Shown here one piece after another: positions 11,908 to 22,375 of a stretch of 64,000 nt of DNA. Location: positions 4,480,001 through 4,544,000 of the forward strand of contig CH464491.1 of assembly GCA_000002445.1 (NCBI GenBank), read 5' to 3'. The notes below the pieces were generated by a model. That model was not told the origin of the DNA and did no database searches. It was given only the letters and a program-made list of their open reading frames with translations. The translations under genes and the position numbers were made by a program. Source of the DNA: Trypanosoma brucei (Eukaryota). How positions within the stretch are numbered: the first letter of the stretch is position 1; the number at the start of each line of letters is the position of its first letter.

Positions 11908-14900
11908 AGTGGGCGCCGAGGCTAATGCGACAGTCAAGGTTCTCTCCGCCGCGTGGAACTCGTACATGCCGCAGGAGTATGTGACCGCGATCAATGCTGG
12001 CTTCAGTGCCTCACTAGAGTCACGACAATGGACTGTGGCTGGAAGCGTGAAAGTTGAGGTAGTTTATCCAGAGCGGTACGAAACACTACCCGAAGATTTC
12101 ATTAAAGAGCAGTTGGAATTGGAAACGGACCAGAATAAGATTGTTATAGTGTATGGACCCCTCGGTGACAAAAGCGTAATATACTCGATCCCGTATCTGG
12201 TGAATCACAGCGTAGTGGCCTTAGGGTTGATGACCGGCTCCGGGGAGGTGCGGCGGTGGAATCCGTACCTTTACTTTCTGCGTGCCGACCCCGCTGCTGA
12301 AACATTGGCTCTCATTCGGTATGCTCTATGCCAGTTGCGCGTGCTGCGCTTGGGTTTTATGTACCTTCAGGGTGTTCATTATGGCGACGAGGAGTATGCA
12401 TTGACAGTGAACGTGATGTCTCAGATGGGTTATGAGCTGCATGGTGTGTTCACCGTGATGAGTCCAGACGGTGAGCCTGCTCCTGATGATGAGTTCAAAG
12501 AGGCGTTCGAGCGTTTCGCCGCCGCCCTTCCTCAGGCCATCATTGTCTTTGGTGCGCCAGAAAAGGATACTGCGAAGTTCTTGATGATGATGGTAGCGGA
12601 GGAGCGCGTTGCTCGGTCTTATATTCTTGGTCCATCATCCGTCCAGGTGTCACTTGCAGAAATGTGGCGACTCGCTCTGGAAGCTGCAGGGGCCTCATTC
12701 GCGCCCGGGCAGCTACTTTTCACAGGCACCAATCCGCTTGCGAAGGACAGCCAGTACATAGCAATCAAGCGTTTTCAAGGAGTTATGAGTGAATACCTGA
12801 AAGCTCACGTCGGCGAAACCAACATCACTGAAACAGATTATTTCCTGACCCACGATCCTGAGGGAGAGTTGATGGTGTATGGGTGGATTGCTGGGGAGGT
12901 ATTGACCCAGGCACTTAGTAGTCTTGAATGGCTCAAGGACCGCGCTACGTTTGTCAGGTCGCTATACAGCCAACGGCGCTACGTCATCAATGACATTGTG
13001 ATCGGTGATTATGGCGGTACGTGTGAGGGGGAGGCGGCCAAGCATGGCGCCACCTGTGAGTGTAACCAAGGCAGTAAGGCGGTGTATGTGAAAGAGGTGT
13101 TGGAGGATGGCCGGACGACGACGATGGCGAGTGGATTCACGGTGGTGAAAGCTTCGCAGTGCTATGCTGAATCTTCGGAGCTTCACGGGCCACTGAATGG
13201 ACTCGCCGTTTTCATGGAAGACGACGACACCGCGTCGAAGGCAGCTGCGCTGTGGCACAAGGGGGCCTCCCATCTTGTCGGCAAGGGTGATTTGGGACAC
13301 TCGGACAGGTTCTTTCTGCACGCATTTAATACTACCATAGCTGAGGCAGCGAACGATCTTCGGCATGAACAAGGTGAAAGAATCGTAACCGCTGTGTTTG
13401 GCCCCGTGACCGAGGCGATGTTGGACACGCCGAATATAACCTTTATCGATCCCCTGGAACTCAAACCACGGCTGAATAAGTTCAGAAGGAATGTGATTCA
13501 TCTCTCGCCCACCCTGGAACAACAACTTTACGTTCTTTCATCGTACCTCGCAGGCGACGGGGTCGGCACTGTTGATGCCGTGATCTGCAGCAACGAAGCG
13601 GATGGGATTGCAGATTTTCTGCGGAGGTCACTAACTGAGTTCGGTGTCTCGCTACGTTCCGCTGTCATACGTGAGGATGGGGAAGGTGTTGGTAAATACC
13701 TTCCGATGAGTGGGATCGTGTTTGTCATTGGTCTTTCCGTTCCAGATGTGAGGGAAATCGCGAGGAAACTTGAGGAACGTAACGATTTGCGTGTGATTGT
13801 TCTCTTCGCGGAGTTTTCGTTACTGTATGATCTGTTTACTTCGACCCTCAACAACACCGCAGGCGCCGCGCGTCTTGTGTTTGCCACCAGCTTGCCACAT
13901 TGGGGTGATACTGAAACCTCATCGAAGACTACTCAACTGTTCCATGATGTCGAAAAAGACTCACGATTGTGGACACCCCTATCACTTCTGGCATTCGCAA
14001 CCGGTCGATTGATGCGGGCAATACTTCTTCGTGTAGAAGAAATGAGTCCAGAAACGTTGGTAAATTTCTTCTATGCCGATTCTTCCATCATCTCTGATGA
14101 CATGCGGTACGGTGTCTTCGACGACACAAAGTGCGACGGCGCAGAGAACATTTCGGAGGGTGATTGTGCCTCGAACTATGGCGCAACGCAGATATCCGTG
14201 TGGTCTATGGCCCGTGCTCTCAACGCCTCCATTCTTCCACTTACAAATCCCATGACACCGTCAATGAGCTTCAGAGACCCTAGCGAAGGAAAACTCTCCG
14301 GGGCACCGCTGGTGGGCGTCATCATCGGTGCTACCTTTGCTTTGTTTCTTGTGGTGGCTCTGGGCGTGGTTCCATACTTTGTCCTGCGCAACACCCGTGA
14401 TAACAACAGCGCGCCAAAGGAACCCACAGAGCCTGTGACAATTGTTTTCACAGATATTGAAAGCAGCACGGCACAGTGGGCTGCCCACCCCGATGTCATG
14501 GCTGATGCTGTCGCCGCACACCACAAGTTGATCCGCGCGCTGATCTCCCAGTACGAGTGTTACGAGGTGAAGACCGTTGGGGACTCGTTCATGATCGCGA
14601 GCCGAAGTGCGTTTATGGCGGTGCAACTTGTGCGGGATCTGCAGAGGGCGTTCCTTCGCCACAACTGGGGCGCGTCCGTGTTTGACGAGTATTATTGCAG
14701 ACTTGAGCAGGACCGTGCGTTAGAAAGTGAGGGATACGTGCCGCCAACCGCACGCCTGGACCCCGACGTGTACCGAAAGTTGTGGAATGGCCTCCGAGTG
14801 CGAGTTGGTGTGCACACCGGATTGTGTGACATTCGCCACGATGAGGTGACAAAGGGTTACGACTACTATGGTCATACGTCGAACATGGCTGCCCGCACAG

Positions 14901-15499
14901 AGAGCGCTGCGAATGGTGGACAGATATTGCTGACACGTGCAACATACCTTTCGCTAAGCACAGCGGAGCGTGAGCAACTTGACGTCACTGCGCTGGGCGC
15001 CGTCCCACTGCGTGGCGTTCCCGATCCGGTGGAAATGTACCAAGTTGATGCTGTGGTCGGTCGGTCCTTCGCTGCACTGCGCCTCGACAGGGAGGTCGAT
15101 CTGGTCGCAGATAGTGGGGTAACAAACCTATCCACCAGCGACTGCGCGTCCTTATGTGAGTTGGGTCAGTCAGCACAGACGATAGTGGCAGTCATGCGCG
15201 CACTTTTCGGCACTTTTACAGCATCACAGCGGGAAAAGTTGTTAGTGCCCTTCTGCGAGCGTTGGCGTGTGACGCTACCACCCAAAACGAAGTCCGTGTG
15301 GGATGATAACTACTGTCAGGAGGTTGTGCGGCGTATAGCAGCAAAAGTGGGACACGTCGTTGACTTCACGGCTTACAACATCGCTGAGCCCCCCCTCACA
15401 ACGTCAAGCAGCTCGTCCGTCATATTCATTTCCGACGCCGCCGTGGGTTTGTGCGCAGTGGGAGAACGAAATGTCTCAACCCCAAAGGAGGAAAACTGA
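11738..15499 (+). CDS. GRESAG4: Receptor-type adenylate cyclase, GRESAG4/ESAG4 family (1253 aa, intact).
   Basis: Single 1253-aa ORF with an N-terminal signal peptide (VLPVILRAPVALLLLLIVLPQLS). It has a large extracellular domain, a single TM helix (LVGVIIGATFALFLVVALGVVPYFVL), and a class III cyclase catalytic domain (VTIVFTDIESSTAQWAAHPDVMADAVAAHHKLIRALISQYECYEVKTVGDSFMIASRS ... RVRVGVHTGLCDIRHDEVTKGYDYYGHTSNMAARTESAANGGQILLTRATY). It sits outside an expression-site context, hence GRESAG4 rather than ESAG4. Confidence 0.9.
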   Translation: MNMLHLSDRNASLAPSGGEHSLPTGGAVCRVAMDVLPVILRAPVALLLLLIVLPQLSVGAEANATVKVLSAAWNSYMPQEYVTAINAGFSASLESRQWTVAGSVKVEVVYPERYETLPEDFIKEQLELETDQNKIVIVYGPLGDKSVIYSIPYLVNHSVVALGLMTGSGEVRRWNPYLYFLRADPAAETLALIRYALCQLRVLRLGFMYLQGVHYGDEEYALTVNVMSQMGYELHGVFTVMSPDGEPAPDDEFKEAFERFAAALPQAIIVFGAPEKDTAKFLMMMVAEERVARSYILGPSSVQVSLAEMWRLALEAAGASFAPGQLLFTGTNPLAKDSQYIAIKRFQGVMSEYLKAHVGETNITETDYFLTHDPEGELMVYGWIAGEVLTQALSSLEWLKDRATFVRSLYSQRRYVINDIVIGDYGGTCEGEAAKHGATCECNQGSKAVYVKEVLEDGRTTTMASGFTVVKASQCYAESSELHGPLNGLAVFMEDDDTASKAAALWHKGASHLVGKGDLGHSDRFFLHAFNTTIAEAANDLRHEQGERIVTAVFGPVTEAMLDTPNITFIDPLELKPRLNKFRRNVIHLSPTLEQQLYVLSSYLAGDGVGTVDAVICSNEADGIADFLRRSLTEFGVSLRSAVIREDGEGVGKYLPMSGIVFVIGLSVPDVREIARKLEERNDLRVIVLFAEFSLLYDLFTSTLNNTAGAARLVFATSLPHWGDTETSSKTTQLFHDVEKDSRLWTPLSLLAFATGRLMRAILLRVEEMSPETLVNFFYADSSIISDDMRYGVFDDTKCDGAENISEGDCASNYGATQISVWSMARALNASILPLTNPMTPSMSFRDPSEGKLSGAPLVGVIIGATFALFLVVALGVVPYFVLRNTRDNNSAPKEPTEPVTIVFTDIESSTAQWAAHPDVMADAVAAHHKLIRALISQYECYEVKTVGDSFMIASRSAFMAVQLVRDLQRAFLRHNWGASVFDEYYCRLEQDRALESEGYVPPTARLDPDVYRKLWNGLRVRVGVHTGLCDIRHDEVTKGYDYYGHTSNMAARTESAANGGQILLTRATYLSLSTAEREQLDVTALGAVPLRGVPDPVEMYQVDAVVGRSFAALRLDREVDLVADSGVTNLSTSDCASLCELGQSAQTIVAVMRALFGTFTASQREKLLVPFCERWRVTLPPKTKSVWDDNYCQEVVRRIAAKVGHVVDFTAYNIAEPPLTTSSSSSVIFISDAAVGLCAVGERNVSTPKEEN

Positions 15500-18400
15500 G
15501 GGTCGTAGGCATGCGCCATTTTTTAATGTGACGGTAAATGTTAGCGAAAGTTCTTTTAAATTTGACTTCTTTTTTTTTTTCATTCCATGGCTTATAACCG
15601 CATGTAGACATACAGTCGTGGGCACTTTCCTTCTGGCTTCGTCACTTGAGCGCGTATATCTTACAGCTAAAATGCTTTCGTTGTTACTTTTGTTATCGTC
15701 TGGGGATATAGCATCAACACCTCTATGGAGGTTACCGTATAAGCATATTGATATGGTGACTAACCACACGCACTATATGCCCCTTTTTGATTTTTCCCGT
15801 TGGCTTTTATGAGTTTTGTTCCGGGATGAACAAGCACTACCAAAATAAATGGAAATAGTGTTTTGCCTTTAATTCTTCCCATTGGGTGTTATTATTATTA
15901 TTTTTTTCGCATATATTAAATAAAACAGTCTTTGATCGTAGACAGTTCTCAGAAACAGTGAACTTACATTATAACCACCTTTCGTATGTTGTGTTTTGTC
16001 GTAATGTTGAAAAGTCTTCCTCCGTCAAACATGAATGTCTTTCTTACTCCTCCAACGCTAATAGTGCCTACTCAATTTTGAATTGAGGCGCCTGCTCCCC
16101 CACAAGGGTCCTTGGCATGACGAAAAAAAAAAAAGCGTACGCATTGCAGTGTGTTCAACTCGTGAATTTACGAATATTCGATGTTACGCCTCTATTCTTC
16201 TCATGTTGGTTTTCTCATTCCAAGGTGGCCTGAGCATTTGTTTCCGGCCATGGCACCACGTTGCGCCCATATAAACCGCCCTCCAGAGACCCTGTTTTGC
16301 CAGCGCGCTGTGGCTCTGCGTAATGCGGCTTGACGGCTCGCTTACTTAACTGAATCCCTGCATCATTTCTCCATCCCCTTGCTTGTGTTTCCCAACCCCC
16401 TGTTGTTTTGCTGCACACTTTCCTCCCTATTTCTACATTCCACAAGGGTCCCAAGTGTGTGTATGTGTGTACGTGTATGTTGTTGTTGTTTTGGCGACAG
16501 CAATCCCAGTGCTTACGCACGCACAACTATGCTAAGAACACCCGTGGCGGGAACTCTGTCACAACAGCCACACACAAATAAAAAAAAACTCGCAACCTAG
16601 TTGAGATTATCACAGAGGCAATGTTGCCGCTTTGCCGTGGAGCATTCAGGGAGGTTCGGGGTACAGAATGTGCGGCCCTTTAACATTAATAGTAGCGAGG
16701 CGGTAGACGGAGTAGCTGAGTTGCGTGAGCCCTAAGCGCCACGGGCCCCAGCGCAGAATATACAACAGAGAGCGAAGCTGATGTATTTTTCCCTCTTGGT
16801 GATGCACAATCCGTATTCTCGTGTCGTGAACTCTTGTGACATGCGAGCGGGCGATGGTGCTTCGTGTCCTGAACCATCTCTAAAGGGCTCGGCTGGATGC
16901 TTTTGGATGTGTTTTCATCCCTCAATGCTCCGCGACAAATATCTAAACCTATTCCCCACGCTGTGTGTGTGTGGGGGGGGGGGGGAGATCAACTTGCTCT
17001 CGATTGATGTGTGAAACGGACCACTCTCGGAATGTGCACAAGCAGAGCGACGAGTCGCTGTATGAAAAAAATAAAATAAAATAACCCAAACCCGTGAAAC
17101 TGTCAACCGGATCCGCACCAGTTGAGTTTGGGAAAAGTTGGAGTTGGGCGCAACCTGCCGAGTGGCACATCGCTTTACGGGATATCGCTGCTGCATGGAG
17201 GAAAATATGATTAGTGCAACCGTCGCAACACCCGCGGCGTCAGCAACCCCGCATGGTTCGGTACGGCCACCGCCACCCGACCTTAACTGAGCCGTCGCCT
17301 TGTTTGTTTTTTTTTTTTTAGCGGGAACGCGTAAAGAGTTTGAACCCGGTGGCCTCTGAATCTGCGGGGAATTATTTCTCCCATCGATGGCGTCATAGCG
17401 AGAGCGCCAACAATAATGAGGAACTTAACAGAACGGACGTGGTGCGCACAGTGCGGAAGCCCTAATGGGAATAATCGCCGTCACGTTGGGAAGGTGACTG
17501 ACGCTGCTAAATATGAATGTGCTCAGCAGGCATTAGAGAAAATATCAGCGTGAAGTGCAGGCGTTCGCCGCCGTGTGGTATCGAATTCAAGATGTTAAGC
17601 TGAGAAAGTTGGATGACACTTCGGGCGCCGTCACCATTTTATGGGAAGAAGAGAGAGAGAGAGATCGGTGGCAATGCGTCAGAACCACAATATTACCGAG
17701 CAGTAAGGGGCGAAATGCAATGCATAAAATACATTGAACATATTAACTGATAGAACTAAAGGACATATAAAAGTGCGGAGGTAAAAAGGCATTGCTCAAC
17801 AGCATCACGTCCATTTCGCCGATGCTGAGACGCCGTCCCACCCTCAGTCTTTACATATTTCGTCACACGTGTAGCGGACTGACCCCAGCGCGTATCCAAG
17901 TGAATGTGCCGATGCGGGCGCGCGCTGTACAATAAATGCCGCGCTGACAGGAACGAATCAGAAGGTGCTGCTGGCCTTAAAGCTTCAGCACATCGCAAAT
18001 GTATAAACAATAACGCTGCGGGAGCAATGAAATGGAAGTGTAATGGAATATGCATTACGTTTTACACCTTTTCGGAAGCATATGTGCGCTGGTGGCGCAT
18101 CCTTGCTCACATTCGTCCCGCATCAAATGGGATCACTCTGAAAATAAAGAGAGATACGACCACGTTTCCGCATGGGCGTATCGGTATGGCTGTTCGACTC
18201 AACGCATCTCCGCCGAAAGCATACAAAAAAAAATAAAACGATGGAGACGCCGTATTTTCGAGTATGAACGAGTCCACGGTGGCAGCGGCGGGACCTGAAC
18301 CCACAGTGGTGGTGGTGGGGGGGGGGTGTGAGGACGTTGCTCCGTAATCATTTTCTAATGTGAAATGTAATTCGGTCACCCCTCATATGCAAAGGTGTCG

Positions 18401-19055
18401 GGTACATGTAAGGTAGCCAAACGCAATTGTGCTGCATGAATGGTGAAGAGTATTTAAAACGGTAGCTGAAGGCATTGATTTTTAAAAAAACAAAAAAAAC
18501 AGAGACCTCATCGGTGCTTTGTCTGGAGTATTGCCATTTGGAATGAAAACGGGCACATAAAAACCCCCTGTGGGGAACTTTAAATCCTAGAAAAGGGCAA
18601 TCAGAAGGTGAATGTAATGAAAGTCCACTGAGAGCGGGAGGCACTCGGGACGCAAAATGCCACCTCATGTTACCATGCCTGAGGTGTCGCTTTACCTCGA
18701 AACAGAAAGACAAGGAAACTATGACCAGGAAAAGGTGGAACCGCATCATACAAGAACCCTTCGCAAATAAGGCAGTGCTGACGGTGTGTCGGCATCAGGA
18801 GCACAGACCGAATCAAGAGCGTTACCGCAACCCAAACATAAGTGGAGCGATGGCATCAAAACAGCGTCTTGCCACTTGCAAATTGCTTGGGAGTGGAAAG
18901 GCAGACGCACACCACTGAGGGTCGAGGTTACTCAAACCCCGCACACGTGGCAAAATACACAAATGAAAAAATCATTGTCTGGTGAATGAAGTCGCTTCAG
19001 CACGTCTGGCGCACGTTCCGCGGCACTCAAAAGTTTCGTATTTGAAGCCTCAAAA

Positions 19056-19148
19056 GGTTAGGGTTAGGGAGATGTGTAAAATCAAGGCTGCAGAGGGCCC
19101 TGATCGGTTATGAAGTCGTGCCCGAAGAACCCTAACACCAACCCTAAT
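19056..19148. repeat. Head-to-head telomere-hexamer relic: (TTAGGG)2 at 19056-19070, then ~58 bp, then CCCTAA-type repeats at 19129-19148.
   Basis: ggttagggttaggga and ccctaacaccaaccctaatca read directly. Confidence 0.7.
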
Positions 19149-20102
19149 CATAATGATCGTCTCTGTAACCCTCAGTGCTATAGAAAGATGCGTCCGCGCA
19201 CACGGCAGCACAAACACATGTCAATTGAGGTCTACAACGAAAACTCGCTGCTCAACTCAAGAAAACAAACTTTAAAAACAAAGAGCTATGAAGCAATATG
19301 CGGCGCTCAACCCTCGCGCATCCGCCCTTACAATATGCCACCAAAACGTGAGTTCAAGGAAATGGCCTACCAACAAAAGAGAAGCAACAGACAGCACCCA
19401 AGTGAGCGGTAAACACTAAGAAAAAAGGAAACATTTTCAACCCAGCAGACGTGGCGTCAGCCCGACCGACACGCATGTCGCCTCCTCATCAAGCATGCAA
19501 AAATACACCGCCCCCGTCACCACCATCACTGCCACAATAACTCCAGTCACAAAAATAAAAAAACCTACTAAGAATAACATCACGCTCCTTAACAGAAAAG
19601 ACGATACAACGCCTCAACGGCACCTTCAACAATAGGGAACAGCATATACATTCTTCCATAGGTCCACTGAAACTCACGCCTACTAAGCATTATTGATGGC
19701 AACCCACTTAAACCACCATCTTCCGCAAGTTCCCATATATGTTTCGGCACCTGCACAGAAAAGCAACACAAGAGCACATGTCTTTCTCGCAACGCGTAAT
19801 ATTGCATGTATAATTGCACAGTATGCAACCAAAAATATACATATATGTTTTGCATGTATGTGTTTCTATATGCCGTTTGACATGGGAGATGAGGGATGCT
19901 ATACATAGTTCTGTTATTTTCTAACACGTATGTGTGTTAGAGTGTCTGTGTTAATATACTTTTTAATACATGCTCTACATAATATACAGTAGTAATAACA
20001 CAGAGAATACGTATGGAATGCGTATCTCTCTATATATATTTATGTATATATGCTATGTGTATATCAACCTCGCATATTTTCTCCCTGTTGACCATGGCTC
20101 CC

Positions 20103-20276
20103 ACAACGTGTCGCGATGGATGACTTGGCTTCCTATTTCGTTGAAGAACGCAGCAAAGTGCGATAAGTGGTATCAATTGCAGAATCATTTCATTGCCCAA
20201 TCTTTGAACGCAAACGGCGCATGGGAGAAGCTCTCTCGAGCCATCCCCGTGCATGCCACATTTCTCAGTGTCGAAT
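20103..20276 (+). rRNA. 5.8S rRNA
   Basis: aacgtgtcgcgatggatgacttggcttcctatttcgttgaagaacgcagcaaagtgcgataagtggtatcaattgcagaatcatt...ctttgaacgcaaacggcgcatgggagaagctc...ccccgtgcatgcca...cagtgtcgaa matches the kinetoplastid/T. brucei 5.8S from memory. Confidence 0.85.
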
Positions 20277-20870
20277 ATAAAAACATAACACACACCTATT
20301 TTGTGTTGTTCAACGCACGCACAAAATCCCGCCACCTCTTCTCCTCGTATGGTTCATATTCATGTTTGTGAGTGTGCACATATACGATATCTTTCAACTT
20401 TTTCTCCTCGCAAAATGGAGTATGTCGCGCATATACGTGTGTGTAGTGAGTGATATGGAAGAGAAATGGGAAAGGCATATATATATATATACGTATATAC
20501 ATAATATATATGTGTGTGGATTTGTGTGTTGAGCACATATAAGGAAAAAGGTCGTGTGTATATGCAGAGAGTCCGTGGCGGTTTAGACGTATGTATATAT
20601 ATCTATAATATATGCATATGTGTGTGTTCCGCTGTGGAGATTTTATATCATACGGAGAGTGTTCATATATATGTTTGTAGGCATGTATTTTGGCGCCCCG
20701 TATAGAGATTAAAAAAGAAGAGAAAAAGTATGCAAAAGAGGCGGCGGATAGTGTGTATGTGTGTATCACAGCAAGGAACTATATTTTGCAGCTTGAGTAT
20801 ATGCATATATGTACATTATGTGCTTGTGCTTCTTTCGTGTACGCTTCACTTTTTTATATTGCATTTTTCA
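20277..20870 (+). other. ITS2-like spacer (AT-rich, (TA)n/(TG)n tracts) between 5.8S and LSU-alpha.
   Basis: Position between recognisable 5.8S and LSU 5' end; low-complexity composition. Confidence 0.6.
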
Positions 20871-22375
20871 GACCTGAGTGTGGCAGGACCACCCGCTAAA
20901 CTTAAGCATATTACTCAGCGGAGGAAAAGAAAACAACCGTGATTCTCTCAGTCAGCGGCGAGCGAAGAGGGATTCAACTCGTTGCCGAATCGGGTCTTAC
21001 ATGACCTCGAACTGTGGCACCATTTTTGTGGCCGTTCTTATAGGGCTGGTGCAGGCGTGGCGGAATTCAATTGCAAAGCAAACCCGTTGCTGAACACATT
21101 TACAACCCTTCATGTGAGTATTGAGCCAAAGAAGGTGTCAGCCCATTACATTCCTTAGCCACGGAGCCCACGCGCCTCCTCATGTTCGGTCCAAGAGAGT
21201 AGCACTGTTTGGGAATGCAGTGTCAAGCCGGCAGGTATTTGTCTGCCAAGGTTAAATATAGAGTAGGAAGACCGATAGCGAACAAGTAGCGTGAGCGAAA
21301 GTTTGAAAAGTACTTTGGAAAGAGAGTGACATAGAACCTGAAATCGTGACAACGACAATGGAAGTACCTCCATTTCTTTTTTTTACGGCCAGACCCAACC
21401 TCGCCGCGCAATTTCCTTCCGGGGCTCAACATCCGGTGGGTTTTCACTGTGCGGGTTTCTCTTTTGAGGTCATGGGGTGCGTGAGTGGGCGGAATAAAGG
21501 GTCGGTGTGTTGTGTGTGGGTTTTTTCTCTCACTCTCTTCCTCCTTCCCTGTCCGTGCGTCTCGACGCTGGCGATGGAAATGGGGTGCCCCCACCCGTCT
21601 TGAAACACGGACCAAGGAGTCAAACAGACGCGCAAGGGAGGAGTATGTATGTGAGAACTCTTTTCTCGTACTGAAAGGGAGGTGTGATTTTGCACCCGTG
21701 GCGTGCGCAATTTCTCTTTTTTGTGTTTTTGCCCAACGCCGGCCGGCCCCCCGTGGGCTGCGCGCGAGTGTGCCTGTTTGGACCCGAAAGGTGGTGAACT
21801 ATGCCTGAACAAGGTGAAGCCCGGGGAAACCCCGGTGGAGGCCTGTAGCGATGCTGACGTGCAAATCGCTCGTACGATTTGGGTATCGGAGCGAAAGACT
21901 CATCGAACCACCTAGTAGCTGGTTCACGTCGAAGTTTCCCTCAGGATAGCTGGTGCTTGTCTTTAAGAAGTATTGTGCGGTAAAGCAAATGATTAGAGGC
22001 ATTGGTGTTCTTGTAATATCGACCTATTCTCAAACTTTAAATGTGCAAACAACCCAGCCTTAGTTATCTTAACAAGGCTTTTGGGTACATAAGAATTGAG
22101 GCACCAAGTGGGCCTTCTTCGGTAAGCGGAGCAGGCGATGCGGAATGAACCGCTTAGGGATATGTGGCGTCAAAACTTGTGGGCTCATTCTCGATACGTG
22201 AAAAGGGTGTTAGCGGATAGGGACACTTGGACGGTGGCCATGGAAGTCGGCATCCGCTAATGAGTTTGTAACAACTCGCCAACCGAATTCACCGGCCCGG
22301 AAAATGGATGACGCTTAAGCCCCATGTGCGTGATTGCCAATTATTCCTTTGGTGAGGGCGGCTATATTTCTTTGT
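20871..22375 (+). rRNA. LSU-alpha (28S-alpha) rRNA, 5' ~1.5 kb only, truncated by the ingi insertion.
   Basis: Universal LSU 5' start (gacctgag...cccgctaaacttaagcatattactcagcggaggaaaagaaaac) and conserved blocks (gaccgatagcgaacaagtagcgtgagcgaaagtttgaaaagtactttggaaagagagtgacatagaacctgaaatcgtga; ...gagtttgtaacaactcgccaaccgaattcaccggcccggaaaatggatgacgcttaag). Confidence 0.85.

Noticed and set aside
17100-19700. A search for 18S (SSU) rRNA upstream of the 5.8S.
   Set aside because: No SSU landmarks were found (neither the 5' gatctggttgat...tagtcatatgcttg nor the 3' gtaggtgaacctgcag). There is only a weak tacaccgcccccgtcacc-like trace near 19505. The rDNA unit is called partial.
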